From an uncultured Gemmatimonadales bacterium (GTDB lineage: Bacteria; Gemmatimonadota; Gemmatimonadetes; Gemmatimonadales; Gemmatimonadaceae), in contig CAWBZV010000002.1 of NCBI GenBank assembly GCA_963793305.1, positions 1 through 64,000 of the forward strand: DNA of 64,000 bases. Reading direction: 5' to 3'. The notes below the pieces were generated by a model. The model ran no database searches. It saw nothing but the letters and a program-made list of their open reading frames with translations, and was not told the origin of the DNA. Both the position numbers and the translations under genes were made by a program. Below are positions 48,212 to 59,337 of this stretch, piece after piece. Within the stretch, counting starts at the first letter, position 1, and every line of letters begins with the position of its first letter.

Positions 48212-49066
48212 CTACGTAGTTCTTATCGAAACGTCAACCAATTTGTTGACGATTCTGCTCGCCAGCGCGAAATACTCGGCGTCGCGCTCCACGCCCACGC
48301 ATTGTGCTCCGACCGCTTCGGCCGCGGCGAGCGTTGATCCCGATCCCATGAAGGGATCGGCGATGACCCCGCGGCCAAGGGGCAGGACCGCATACGCGAG
48401 TTGTCGCAGGAGCGACTGCGGCTTGAGGCTCGGGTGATCGGCGATGGCGCGCTCGCGCTTTGGCGTGCGCTCGCTCAGGATCACGTCGAGGAACGGTCGG
48501 CCATCGCTGAGCCGCCGGAGACCCCCGGTCTCGTACGCCCGCAGGCAGTCCGACACTTTCATCCCCGGCGGAAGCGGCGAGCGAAAAATTCCCCAGGGCT
48601 CGTACGATCCACGGGGCATTGAGCACACATTGGGGAATTCCTCGTGCGCGTTCTTCGGCCGATCCCCACCGCGGAGCGTGCGAACCACGCGGATGAGCTC
48701 GCCGCGGAATTCCAGGCCGCCGCCGACGATCGCCGACCAGACGAGTTGCGATAGGAACGCGTTGCCCGCGACGAACACATGACCACCCGGGCGGAGCGCG
48801 CGAACCGCCAGTCGCGACCAGCGAAGAAAGAACTCACGCAGCAGCGAGCGTTCTTTCGCGTTGAGCGCCGTGAAGCGGGGCAGGGGTGATCGCTCGTGGC
48901 CATCGAAGCTCGGCGGAATGCGCCAGATGCCGCCCTTGTTCCCGTTGCGCAGCCGCTCCAACTGATCGCGGTCGAACTCCTTCACGCCGTACGGTGGATC
49001 CGTGATGATCGCGTGCAGACTGTGGGGCGGAATGCGGTGCAACCACTCGAACCCGTCGGCGCGCAC
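48212..49066 (-). CDS. Orphan N6-adenine/N4-cytosine DNA methyltransferase (beta-type motif order); start uncertain
   Basis: TDPPY, HPSLKP, DPFMGSGST; the frame stays open to 49120. Confidence 0.9.
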   Translation of the reverse strand: MRADGFEWLHRIPPHSLHAIITDPPYGVKEFDRDQLERLRNGNKGGIWRIPPSFDGHERSPLPRFTALNAKERSLLREFFLRWSRLAVRALRPGGHVFVAGNAFLSQLVWSAIVGGGLEFRGELIRVVRTLRGGDRPKNAHEEFPNVCSMPRGSYEPWGIFRSPLPPGMKVSDCLRAYETGGLRRLSDGRPFLDVILSERTPKRERAIADHPSLKPQSLLRQLAYAVLPLGRGVIADPFMGSGSTLAAAEAVGAQCVGVERDAEYFALASRIVNKLVDVSIRTT

Positions 49067-49120
49067 GCCGAGCGAGCGGCCGACGGTGAACGTCTCGTAG
49101 TCGAGCGCGAGATCCAGCTG

Positions 49121-52100
49121 CTACCTCGACGCCGTGATCGTGGGCTTCTTTTCCTTCGGTGGCTCCTCCGCGCGCGGCACGATCTCCGTGCGACCCGCGG
49201 CGCGTAGTACGGCATTGAGTTTTGGCAGATCAGTGGCGAGCACGGTCTTGAGCGCGGCGAGCTGCGCGTCGAGCTCGGCCGAGAGTGTCTCGAACACCGC
49301 GTAGGTCGGCGCGGTCGGCCGGCCATTCGCGCTCGAGACCGTGCCAGCGAGCGCCGCGATCTCGTTATTGAGTCTGATGGGAAAATTGAGCGGGTCCTGT
49401 CCGCTCCGGTTCTGGACCTGATACAGCTCTCCTTCGATCGCGTGTATCCGAACCACGAACGGCGCGGCGATGTCCACGAAGCCCGTTGGGGCATCCGTGC
49501 TGTCCATCCGAACTTGATACGCAACGTTGCGGATAGTCTTGACCGCATCGTTCGCCGCGCTCAGCCGATCGCGAATGCGCATGGCCAGCGCGAACTGCGC
49601 CGCGTACCCCGCTGGCGTCGCGGGACTCCGCGGGTCTCCGCGAATGATGAGGGGCTGCGACTGGGTCTCGGAGCCCACGGTCAGCCGCACCGTGTAGCGT
49701 CCCGGTGGTGCGACCGGCCCGTTCACGTTGCCGTTCCACATGATGAGATTGTCGAACGCGCTCGCGTCGGGGTAGCGCATGTTCCAGGCGAACATGTTGA
49801 GGCCCAGCTTGGCCGGAATGCGCGGCGGCGGCGGGACGCGATGCGACTCGCTTTCGTCGTCGGCCTTCGTGGTGTCCGGCACAGCCAGCAGCTTGGCGAT
49901 GCTGTCGGAGGCGACGCCGGCGCGCGTCAAACTATCTCGACGAACCGCTTTCACGCTGTCCGCGTGTTCGGTGCTATCCGCCAGACTCGCACTGTCCAGT
50001 CGCGAGCTCAGCTTGCGCACGAGATGGCCGGCCGAGTCGAGGAACTCCATGGTGACCGCCGATGTCGAATCGGCGAGCGTGTAGTAGATCACCGCCCCGC
50101 TGGGCGGATTCTTCCCGTGAGGGTGTGCCGCGGCGTCTCCGCCGCCGTCGCCAAATCCACCCCATGACACGCGATACGCCGGCGCGGGCTTGAAGAGATG
50201 CATCGCCGTCGCCGTCATCCCGGACGCCAGCTGACGGAGTGGGGACACATCGGTCAGGATCCAGAACGATCGGCCGTGCGTCGCGGCGACGAGGTCGTTG
50301 TCTTTGACGGCCAGGTCGTGAATCGGCACCAGTGGGAGATTGCGGCGGAGCGACTGCCAGTGCGCGCCGTCGTCGAAGCTCACATACACGCTGCGCTCGG
50401 TGCCGGCATACAGGAGTCCGCGTTTTACCGGATCTTCACGGATGACGCGCGTGAACTCGGTCTCCGGTATGCCATTCGTGATCAGTTTCCACGTGCGGCC
50501 GTAGTCCGTCGACTTCAACAGGTACGGGCGCTGGTCATCCATTTGATAGCGATTGCCGGCGACGTACACGGTGCCAGCATCATAGTGCGACGGATCGATG
50601 CTGGAGATTCGCATCCAGTCTCCCCACTCTGTCGGGGAGACTTTGGACCACGTGGTCCCGCCGTTTCGTGTCAGTTGAATGACGCCGTCATCGCTTCCGG
50701 TCCAGATCTCGCCTTTCACGAGGGGAGATTCGGCGATGGAGAAGATGGTCGCATAGTACTCGACCGATGTTTGATCTTTCGTGATCGGACCGCCCGATGC
50801 GCCGAGCGTGGCGGGGTCGTGCCGGGTGAGATCGGGCGAGATCGTCTGCCACGTCTGCCCCTCGTTCGTCGACTTGAACAGGACGTTCGCGCCGGCGTAC
50901 AGCGTGTTCGGATCGTGCGGCGAGATCAGAATCGGGAACGTCCACTGAAACCGATATTTGAGATCACCCGCCGAGTGGCCCATGGGGTTCTCGGGCCAGG
51001 GTGTGATCTCCTTTTGGAGTCCCGTCCGCAGATCCTTGCGCGAGAGGTATGAGTAGCTCCCGGCGTACACAATGTTGGTGCTGTCGGGCCGCACCTGGAT
51101 GTAGCCGCTCTCGCCACCGCCGATCTCTTGCCAATCGCTAATGTCGATCCCCCCGGCCTGCGCCGAAGGACCGCACAGCGTCGAGTTGTCCTGCTGCGCC
51201 CCGCAGACCTTGTACGGAAAGTCCGTCGTCGTCGTGACGTGGTAGAACTGGGCCGTCGCATCGTCCTGCTCGGACCACGACTTGCCACCGTTGAACGACA
51301 CGTTCGCGCTGCCGTCGTTCGCCTCGATCATCCGCTGCGCGTCGGCCGGGGAGATCCACAGGTCGTGGTTGTCGCCGTGCGGCACCGGGATGTTCTTGAA
51401 CGTCTTTCCGCCGTCGGTGCTTCTATAAAAATTCGTATTGAGTGCGTAAACAGTATTCGCGTCCTTCGGGTCGGCGAAAATCTTGGTATAGTACCAGGCC
51501 CGCTGCCGCAGTTTGCGCTCGCTGTTGGTCTTGCTCCACGTCTGTCCGCCGTCGTCCGACCGGTAGACGCCACCGGAGTCGGCCTCGACCAAGGCCCAGA
51601 CGCGGCGCGAGTTTGCCGGCGAAACCGCGAGGCCGATGTTGCCGATGATGCCTTGCGGCAGGCCGGAGTTGCGCGTGATCTCCGTCCACGTGGCGCCGGC
51701 GTCCGTGCTCTTGAAGATGCCGCTCCCGGCGCCGCCGCTCACCAGCTGCCAGGGCTTCCGGCCGGCCTGCCAGAACGCCGCATAGATCGTCCGCGAGTCA
51801 CTCGGGTCGATCACGACCTCGGAGATGCCCGTCGAGTCGTTCCGAAACAGGATCTTGGTCCAGGTCTTTCCGCCGTCCGTCGACTTGAACAACCCGCGGT
51901 CCGGGTTCGGCGCCCACACGTGGCCCAGGGCGCCCACGTAGACGATGTTCGGGTCGCGTGGATCGACGCGCACCCGCGAGATCTGGCGCGTGTCGGCCAG
52001 GCCAACTTTCTCCCACGTTTTGCCGGCGTTCGTGGTCTTGAACACGCCGTCACCGTGCGAGACGTTGCCGCGGATGTCGTACTCGCCGGTGCCGACGTAC

Positions 52101-52393
52101 ACGATGTCCGGGTTGGACTCGCTGACTCCGATCGCGCCGATCGTGCCGCCGAAGTACTTGTCGGTGGCCGGAGACCAGTGGATGCCGCCGTCGGTCGTCT
52201 TGAGCACGCCGCCGCCGGTCGTACCCATCCAGTACTCGTACGGACGGGCCGCCGATCCCGCGACCGCAACGGACCGGCCGCCGCGATAAGGTCCTATTTC
52301 ACGCCAGGTTAGTGCGCGGAACAGTAGGGTGTCGTAGGTCTGTGCGTGAGCGACGCCGGGGAGGATCGCCAGGAGGCAGAGAGTTAAGCGCAT
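49121..52393 (-). CDS. BNR/VPS10-repeat secreted glycosyl hydrolase-like protein
   Basis: Signal peptide; WREIGPYRGGR; many S.DGG.TW Asp-box repeats. Confidence 0.9.
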   Translation of the reverse strand: MRLTLCLLAILPGVAHAQTYDTLLFRALTWREIGPYRGGRSVAVAGSAARPYEYWMGTTGGGVLKTTDGGIHWSPATDKYFGGTIGAIGVSESNPDIVYVGTGEYDIRGNVSHGDGVFKTTNAGKTWEKVGLADTRQISRVRVDPRDPNIVYVGALGHVWAPNPDRGLFKSTDGGKTWTKILFRNDSTGISEVVIDPSDSRTIYAAFWQAGRKPWQLVSGGAGSGIFKSTDAGATWTEITRNSGLPQGIIGNIGLAVSPANSRRVWALVEADSGGVYRSDDGGQTWSKTNSERKLRQRAWYYTKIFADPKDANTVYALNTNFYRSTDGGKTFKNIPVPHGDNHDLWISPADAQRMIEANDGSANVSFNGGKSWSEQDDATAQFYHVTTTTDFPYKVCGAQQDNSTLCGPSAQAGGIDISDWQEIGGGESGYIQVRPDSTNIVYAGSYSYLSRKDLRTGLQKEITPWPENPMGHSAGDLKYRFQWTFPILISPHDPNTLYAGANVLFKSTNEGQTWQTISPDLTRHDPATLGASGGPITKDQTSVEYYATIFSIAESPLVKGEIWTGSDDGVIQLTRNGGTTWSKVSPTEWGDWMRISSIDPSHYDAGTVYVAGNRYQMDDQRPYLLKSTDYGRTWKLITNGIPETEFTRVIREDPVKRGLLYAGTERSVYVSFDDGAHWQSLRRNLPLVPIHDLAVKDNDLVAATHGRSFWILTDVSPLRQLASGMTATAMHLFKPAPAYRVSWGGFGDGGGDAAAHPHGKNPPSGAVIYYTLADSTSAVTMEFLDSAGHLVRKLSSRLDSASLADSTEHADSVKAVRRDSLTRAGVASDSIAKLLAVPDTTKADDESESHRVPPPPRIPAKLGLNMFAWNMRYPDASAFDNLIMWNGNVNGPVAPPGRYTVRLTVGSETQSQPLIIRGDPRSPATPAGYAAQFALAMRIRDRLSAANDAVKTIRNVAYQVRMDSTDAPTGFVDIAAPFVVRIHAIEGELYQVQNRSGQDPLNFPIRLNNEIAALAGTVSSANGRPTAPTYAVFETLSAELDAQLAALKTVLATDLPKLNAVLRAAGRTEIVPRAEEPPKEKKPTITASR

Positions 52394-52424
52394 GGGGGAA
52401 AGACGATGCCCGTCTTCCCCCATG
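52391..52424. promoter_or_regulatory. 14-bp-stem hairpin that includes the start codon of the BNR hydrolase
   Basis: catggggga(a)agacg-atgcc-cgtcttcccccatg. Confidence 0.55.
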
Positions 52425-52446
52425 ATTGCAAGGCCTTGTTAACTCG

Positions 52447-52953
52447 TTAACTCTTGGTAAACGTGGCCGCCCAGTTCGTCACCCACGTCTTGCCGCCGTC
52501 GTCGGAAAACGCCTGCTCGAGCTTGAATGTCGTCGGCGTGACGTTGGAGAAGATGAAACGCGCGTAGACGTTCGCGCCGTTGGCGAGGTCCTGGCCATAG
52601 AACTCGCCGCGGCCGTTGTCGAATCGGCCGAACATTGGCGTACCACTGATCGCGCCGTCCTTCGCGTTCGACCAGTAGATGCTCCACTGCTGCGTCTGCG
52701 GATTGTACAGGCGCAGCGTCAGGCCCTCGATGTGCGTCGTCGCGTTCGAGACCTCGAGCTCACCCGCGTTCGCTCGGCCATCCCAGATTTTGCGGACCGT
52801 GGAGGTCCCGTCGAATTCGCTCCACGACTCGGCGTTCGACAAGCGTTGGCGCACCCGCAAGTGCGCTTTCCACGCGCCGAACTCGAAGTCGAAATCGTGC
52901 TGGTGATCCGGGGCGCCCAGACTCACCATCGCCAGCAAGAGCAGCCATTTCAT
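52447..52953 (-). CDS. Secreted hypothetical protein (DUF1579-like)
   Basis: HDFDFEFGAW, LRLYNP..QWSIYW, EQAFSDDGGKTW..NW. Confidence 0.7.
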   Translation of the reverse strand: MKWLLLLAMVSLGAPDHQHDFDFEFGAWKAHLRVRQRLSNAESWSEFDGTSTVRKIWDGRANAGELEVSNATTHIEGLTLRLYNPQTQQWSIYWSNAKDGAISGTPMFGRFDNGRGEFYGQDLANGANVYARFIFSNVTPTTFKLEQAFSDDGGKTWVTNWAATFTKS

Positions 52954-53003
52954 GCGCGGATGGTAGCGTCCGTGCGGCTCGGCTCAAATCTCCATTTCGC
53001 GCG

Positions 53004-53972
53004 CTAACCCACCGGTGTGCAATACCCACTTTTGCCGGTGACCCACGGCGAGAGATCCACTCGCCAGATGTGCATCAGCCCGTTGTTCCACGCCCGCATG
53101 CGATCGATCGCGATCGGTGACCCGGCGGGTGTGGGCACGATCCGGTTGCTGGCGAAGAAGAGCGTGCGCGTGTCGGGTGAGAGCCGAGCCTCGATCTCGC
53201 TCGAGGGGCTATTCACGTGAGGACCCAACGATGTCGGCTCGCCCCACACGCCATTCTTGCGAAAGACGATGAACAAATCGTTGTCTTTGTCCGCGGTCGG
53301 TGGCCGGTTCGATGAGAAGACCGCGAACGATTCGTCCGGAGCGACCGCGGGATCGACATTGCCCCACTGCTCATCGCTGAACGACACGCGCACGGCCGGG
53401 TCGTACTGACCGTTCGTCCACTGCGACCGATAGATCTGGAATCGTCCAGTCTCCGGCGACGGCTTCATGAAATACAGACTGCCGTCCGCGACCACGCTCG
53501 GCGAAAACACCGACGTGTTCGCGTTGACTGACTCCGGCAACCGTACGGGCTTGCTCCAGCCGCCCCCGCGCCGATCGACGCGCCACAGGTTGCCGCCGCG
53601 ACCTGGCCGCACCGCGCCGCCATAGTTCCCGTCAAGCGCCGCCCCACCATCCGTCGCCGGGCGGTTCGAGGCGAAAATGAGATACGATCCATCCGGCGCC
53701 ATCGCTGCCTCCAGATCGCGCCAGTATCCGGAAAACTCGGCCGGGCTGGGCGAGGACCATTTGCCGTTCGCCACGTGCGACGTGACGATCGCGCTCTCCG
53801 TGCTGTTGCCAACTGTATACCACACAGACCGGCAATCGGGCGCAAACGCTGGCGATAGCTCGTTCGAGCCGCCGGATATGACCCCAGGCGCGAAGATGGC
53901 AGGCGCTTGGGTCGCAGGCTCTTGCCCACGCAGTACGGTCGCAATGCATGCAAGCAGAATGAGACAACGCAT
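53004..53972 (-). CDS. Secreted TolB/PD40-repeat beta-propeller protein
   Basis: FAPGVIS; repeated P..APD...L.F.SNR. Confidence 0.8.
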   Translation of the reverse strand: MRCLILLACIATVLRGQEPATQAPAIFAPGVISGGSNELSPAFAPDCRSVWYTVGNSTESAIVTSHVANGKWSSPSPAEFSGYWRDLEAAMAPDGSYLIFASNRPATDGGAALDGNYGGAVRPGRGGNLWRVDRRGGGWSKPVRLPESVNANTSVFSPSVVADGSLYFMKPSPETGRFQIYRSQWTNGQYDPAVRVSFSDEQWGNVDPAVAPDESFAVFSSNRPPTADKDNDLFIVFRKNGVWGEPTSLGPHVNSPSSEIEARLSPDTRTLFFASNRIVPTPAGSPIAIDRMRAWNNGLMHIWRVDLSPWVTGKSGYCTPVG

Positions 53973-54050
53973 GGTCGAAGCAGTAAGCGGTCGCGAAGCG
54001 CCGCGTACATGTCTATGCAGCGAAAGTCCGCCCGCGAGCAGCCAACGGCA

Positions 54051-55854
54051 CTAAAACCCTGGCGGCCGCTCCGTCGCCACGCCGCTCGCGCGCTCGAGCG
54101 CGAGACCCGCGCGACCAATCGTGCCTTCGTCGAACAATCGCCCGATGAGTGTCACCCCGTGCGGCACCCGCCGCGGCGGCGAAAAGGTCGGCAACGGATG
54201 CGCGGGGTCCGGCGCCCAATCGCTGCGCGCCTGCGAGACATTCACAAACCCCGTTCGCAACGTGAGCGACGGATGCCCCGTGCAGTTGGAGATGACGAGC
54301 ATTTCGTCGCGCAACGATGGCACGAGGAGCAGGTCAACCTGCGAGAACACGCGCGCCATTCTCCTGGGCGACCTTCCGCCGGAACCGATCGGCCTGCACG
54401 AAGTCGACGGCCGAGAGAAACCGCGCCTCACGAAATTGATTCGGCCACGCATCGGGCACTTGGGCTTTGAGCTCGCGAATCTTGCCGTTGAGCGTGATCT
54501 CTTCAAACGAGGCGGCGGCCTCGGCGAAGAGAATCAGATTGAGCGAGTCGTAGGGCCAGTCCGGTAACGCCACCTCCGTCGGGATCATGCCGAGCTTGGT
54601 GCACTGCTCGAGCGCGGCCCGGTCGACGTCCGTGGCTGGTGCCTCATTCATCCACTTTGACACAAATCCCAGGCGCAGGCCGCGCACGGAGCCTTTCGCG
54701 TCGAACTCCAACGCGCTGGGTACCGATGCCAGGTCGCCCGCGTCGGGACCCGATATCGCGTTGAGCACGAGGAACGTGTCCTCCACGCTCCTCGCCATGG
54801 GGCCGAGCTTGTCGAGCGACCAGCAAAGGGTCATGGCACCCGTGCGCGGCACGCGGCCGAACGTGGGTCGGAGCCCGGTGACGCCGCAGCGCATGCTGGG
54901 ACTCACGATGCTGCCGCCCGTCTCGCTGCCGATCGCGAATCCAACGAGCCCCGCGGCGGTCGCGGCCCCGGGGCCGGCGCTCGAGCCCGACGACCCTTCT
55001 TCGAGCAGCCACGGATTCATGGTCTGGCCGCCGAACCAGATGTCGTTGAGCGCCAGCGCGCCCAGGCTCAACTTCGCGACGAGGATCGCGCCCGCATCGC
55101 GCAAACGCCGCACGACGACCGCGTCCGTCGTCGGCACGCGATTGCGAAACGGCTCCGCGCCGTAGGTGGTGGCGACGCCGGCGGTGTCGAGCAGATCTTT
55201 TGCGCCCCATGGAATGCCGTGCAGCGGCCCCCGGTACTTGCCGGCCGCGATCTCGGCGTCCGCCTGCTTCGCCTGCGCGAGGGCCGAGTCTCCCGTGAGG
55301 GTGATCACGCAGTGGAGCTTGGGATCGAACTGCGCGAGACGCGCGAGATAAATCGACGTGAGCCGCTCGGCGGTCAGCTGCCGGCGCTCGATCCACCGCG
55401 ACAGATGGTGCACGGGCGCATACGCGATGTCGGCATCCGTCGACGGCAGCGTTCCCGCATCATTGGCGCTCCGGGCGAAATGATCGGGCGATGGCGAGGC
55501 GGGGGGCGAGAGCACGGGGTTCCAGCGCGTCGCGGGGACGTCCGTGGCCTCGAGCGCGATCGTGCGCGGACCGACGCGTCGCTCAATGAGCGCGGCCATG
55601 GACTGGCGCCAGTTTGCCGCGACCATTGCGCGCTCGTCCTCGCGCATCTCGATCTGCACCAGCTTCTCCGCCTGGGCGAACGTCTCGGGCGTGACCACTG
55701 GGCCGGTCGCCGGCGCCGCGCCGAACGTGGGTGGCGCGCCCGGAGTCGAGGCGGCCGACGATGGCTCGGCGGTTTGCTCGCGGCCACGGCACGCCTCGGC
55801 GGCGGCGAGCACGGCGAGCGGGGCGCGGATGAGGAACTGTCGACGGGAATTCAC
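54051..55854 (-). CDS. Amidase signature family protein with a Tat signal, one frameshift near 54360
   Basis: NSRRQF; GPLHGIPWGAKD, GSSGSSAG, GSETGGSI. Confidence 0.92.
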
Positions 55855-55922
55855 GAGGCTGGGAAAATGGCGTCCGGACCGCGCGGCGCATAGTATAACC
55901 TGTTCCAGAACTGGATACGGTT

Positions 55923-57000
55923 ATGCTCTTGCAACTCATTGTCATCGGCCATTCTGTCGTTGCGCTCAATGGACCCTGGCGGTTTCACGTCGGCGATGAC
56001 CCTCGGTGGGCTGACCCCTCGTTCGACGACGGTCATTGGGAAATGGTCGACCTGACGCCCCCGCCCGGTGCGCGTGATCCCGACGTTGGGCTCCCCGGCT
56101 ACGTTCCCGGTTGGGGCGCCTCCGGTGTTGCGTGGTATCGGCTGCACGTGACTATCAGCGACCCGACCGATGACACACTCGCGTTGAGCGGACCGCCTGA
56201 CGTTGACGAGGGTTACAACCTGTACGTGAACGGCACGCATCTTGGGACTGCTGGCGCGCCGTATAGCATCCAGCCGCGGTATTTCTTACTACCCGCACTG
56301 CAATCCGCGACTATCGCTATTCGCGTGTGGGCCGCGCCTGGGGACGATGGTGGCATTCACATCGCGCCGGCTATCGGTGAGCTCAACGCCGTGCGCCATC
56401 AGTATGCGCTCGAGTGGTCGCGAACGCTCTGGGGCTATATCGTCGACGGAGTCGAGCCGGTGGTATTCGTGGCACTGGCTGCGTTGGCGTTGGGTCTCGG
56501 GCAAGCATGGATGGCCGCCGCGCTTCTGCTGTCGGCGATGCTGCGCCTCAATCAAGTCACGTTCTATTGGGGCCAGTTCGAGACCGCCAGATTCGCCGAG
56601 ACCCTGCGCACGATCCTCGTGCCGCTCATCATCGGGGCGTGGATCATGGCATGGCGCGCGTGGTTTGCTGTCCGGCGACCCTCGATCATTGTTGTTGGCG
56701 TCATGGTCGCGCTCATGTACGCGACGTCGTGGGCCAGGATCCTCGCCGCGCTCGCGATGCTGGCCATTCTCGTCGCCGGCCGGCGACAATGGCTGGCGGT
56801 GATCGCGGCAGTGCTCGTATCCATTGGACTGTTCGCGCCCGAGCTCTCGGCGCTGCATATCACCGGCATCTCGGTTCCCTTTTGGCGTCGGCGTGTCGCG
56901 CACGCAATTCGCGTATGCGGCCTTCGATCTGGCGCTCTGCGCCCTATTCGCATGGACGACTTTCACTTCGTTGCGGGCGACCTCGCGCTCGACTTCGTAA
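55923..57000 (+). CDS. Membrane protein with an N-terminal galactose-binding-like (GH2 N-terminal-like) domain, frameshift near 56875
   Basis: LNGPWRFHVGDD..WA...FDD..W, WYRLH; multiple TM segments; corrected tail FPFGVGVSRTQFAY...* ends at 57000. Confidence 0.6.
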
Positions 57001-57518
57001 ACACCGTCGCCGACCGGCTGTCGCATCCGCGAGACCGGTTGGTCACGGGGGCCGATGTGGATCGGTGGGCTCGCCGCGCCGGACTGCTCGGCTCGCGCTC
57101 CTCATTCCACCTGAGGCCCCGTGAGGTCGCTCGGGTCCGCGTAGTCCGCGAGGAGCTGTATCAGGTCGTTCGCTCTCTCGTCGCGAGCCAGATGCCGCCC
57201 GACGCGGCGCTCGCCCGGCTGAGTCGGATCGCCGGCAATCGCCGATTAGTGTGTCGCGACAGCCAGGTGACGTGGGAGTGGAGCGATTCGCATCGACTGC
57301 TCGGGCCGATCGTGGAACGGGCGGCCGAGTTGTTGGTATCCGTACCGAGGCACAGACTTCGCCAGTGCGAGGACGCCGGCTGCGGCTGGGTGTTCCTCGA
57401 CCGTTCGCGGGCCGGCCGGCGGCGCTGGTGCCGCATGGTCGACTGTGGAAACCGAGCCAAGGCACGCCGTCACTACCAACGTGGGCGGCTAGCTAAGTTA
57501 CCTACGATTGATGAATAG
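56952..57518 (+). CDS. ABATE/CGNR zinc finger protein
   Basis: LALDFVNT; C....C.W.FLD.S....RRWC.M..CGNRAK. Confidence 0.9.
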   Translation: MDDFHFVAGDLALDFVNTVADRLSHPRDRLVTGADVDRWARRAGLLGSRSSFHLRPREVARVRVVREELYQVVRSLVASQMPPDAALARLSRIAGNRRLVCRDSQVTWEWSDSHRLLGPIVERAAELLVSVPRHRLRQCEDAGCGWVFLDRSRAGRRRWCRMVDCGNRAKARRHYQRGRLAKLPTIDE

Positions 57519-59337
57519 AAGCTTGACCGCGGTGGTCGCCTGTGTCCTGTGCGCCGCGCCGCTCTCCGCACAGGACTCGACGGCGGCTGGTCTCCTGACC
57601 GGGCGCGTGCTGTATCGGGAAGGGGCGGCGGGCGTTCCCTACGCGACCGTCACACTCAACCCGGGGAACGCGGGGGGCATCTCGCGGTTCGCCGATAGCA
57701 CGGGCGCGTTCACCTTCGTCCACCTCGTCCCTGGCGCCTATAAGGTACGCGCGCGGCAAATCGGCTTTACGCCGTTCGACACGACGGTCCAGGTCCTGCC
57801 GGCGCCGGCCGTGACCACTATCACCTTGCGCCTGCGCCACGTCGTGCGGCTCGCGCAAGTCACGGTCCGCGCGAAGGCCCCGCGCGAATGCACGAACCCC
57901 GGCGTGCCGGACAGCACCGTCGACCCCGCGCTGGCCCTCGTGTTCTCGCAGATGAACGAGAACATCGTGCGCATGCGCATCCTCATGACCGACTATCCGT
58001 ATCGATACCGGCGCATCGACGACTACGTGGAGCGCGACCCCGGACACGCGGACCGGCGGGTCGAGACCGATACACTCCAAGGCGACAGTTGGGAGGAGGA
58101 GCGCTACGCGGTTGGCGAGGTGCTGACGAGCGGCTCCAAGCACGGTCAGCCGGCTGAGTTCATGCACCTCGTGCAGTTCCAGGACCTCACCGAGCGGGCG
58201 TTCGAGGACAACCATTGCTTCCATCTGGTCGACGAGCAGTCGGGCGTCGTCCGCATCGATTTTCGACCGCGGGCATCGCTCGATGCCGCGGATATCGAGG
58301 GCTCGGTCTACCTCGATCCCGAGAAGATGATCGTCCGCCATGCCACGTTCCATCTCACGCGGCCGCGGCCACCGATCCGCGATTGGACGTACTCGTCGAC
58401 GTTCAACGAAGTCGTGCCGCTCGTGCCGGTCGTCCAGCGCTTCCACTCGGTCGTGATCGCCTATTATCCGGGCGTCCACGTCGAGGATGGGCGCGTCACT
58501 GACTATTCGTTCATCCGCGAGGCGCCGGTCGACCCGACGATCCCCGACACGTTGGCTGGCGCGGGAAAAGCGAAGACGATCGTGGCCCAGATTCAGTTCG
58601 GGAACGATGTCAACCACGCGTGCCCGCTGCCGCCGCCGCAGCCCGTCGTCGAGCCGCTCGTCGGGACGATCCTCGCCGCGCCCGACAGCGCCGCGAACCC
58701 ATCGTGGCGCGCGGCGGCGCGCGCGGTGCTGGCGAGCGTCTTGGCGCATCTGGAGATCCCGTCGACCATAGACCTCGCGACGTTCGGCTATCCGGTGCCG
58801 GCGTCGGCGACTGACGCGGCGGGGCGAGGGGCGCTTCGCATCTCGCCGGGCATCTTTGGCCGATACGCCGTGGACCTCCACCGCGCGGGTGCGACGCAAG
58901 AGGTGAGAGTCACCGCAACGTCGCTCTCCTCGGACGTGGACAGCGCCTTCGTGCAAGCATTGCGTGGCGTGGTCAGCGATCGTTTGCGCGGCGAGACCAT
59001 CTTGCTCTCCGTCTCGACGACACCGCCGGCCGACACGAGCCTGAGCACGTCATTCGCGCACGTGCAAGTGCCGTCGTGGCTCATGACGCGGGCCGCCACG
59101 ATGCCGGGCAGCGGCGCCCTGGCGGCCGCGGGCGACACGGCGGCGTTCGAGTTCATCGTCGACGATCAGGGGCGCGTGGTGCTCTCGACCGTGCATCACG
59201 TCGGGTGGCCTACCGAGATGGATCCGCTGACCGAGGCGGCCCAGGATTCGCTCAGCAACCGGGTGTTCAAGCCGGCGACGGTTGGACGGTGTCCGGTGAG
59301 CCAGGTGACGACGGAAAAATTCGTGTTCCGGCGCTAA
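57511..59337 (+). CDS. Secreted protein with a carboxypeptidase-regulatory-like domain and a TonB C-terminal-like end
   Basis: Signal peptide; DSTGAFTF..LVPG.Y...RQIGF; FIVDDQGRV...FKPA.VG..V.Q. Confidence 0.7.
   Translation: MNRSLTAVVACVLCAAPLSAQDSTAAGLLTGRVLYREGAAGVPYATVTLNPGNAGGISRFADSTGAFTFVHLVPGAYKVRARQIGFTPFDTTVQVLPAPAVTTITLRLRHVVRLAQVTVRAKAPRECTNPGVPDSTVDPALALVFSQMNENIVRMRILMTDYPYRYRRIDDYVERDPGHADRRVETDTLQGDSWEEERYAVGEVLTSGSKHGQPAEFMHLVQFQDLTERAFEDNHCFHLVDEQSGVVRIDFRPRASLDAADIEGSVYLDPEKMIVRHATFHLTRPRPPIRDWTYSSTFNEVVPLVPVVQRFHSVVIAYYPGVHVEDGRVTDYSFIREAPVDPTIPDTLAGAGKAKTIVAQIQFGNDVNHACPLPPPQPVVEPLVGTILAAPDSAANPSWRAAARAVLASVLAHLEIPSTIDLATFGYPVPASATDAAGRGALRISPGIFGRYAVDLHRAGATQEVRVTATSLSSDVDSAFVQALRGVVSDRLRGETILLSVSTTPPADTSLSTSFAHVQVPSWLMTRAATMPGSGALAAAGDTAAFEFIVDDQGRVVLSTVHHVGWPTEMDPLTEAAQDSLSNRVFKPATVGRCPVSQVTTEKFVFRR

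Noticed and set aside
55923..57518. Apparent 531-aa fusion of a sugar-binding membrane protein with a CGNR zinc finger
   Set aside because: A frameshift near 56875 explains it. The alternative frame gives a hydrophobic tail ending at TAA 57000, and the CGNR gene has its own ATG at 56952.
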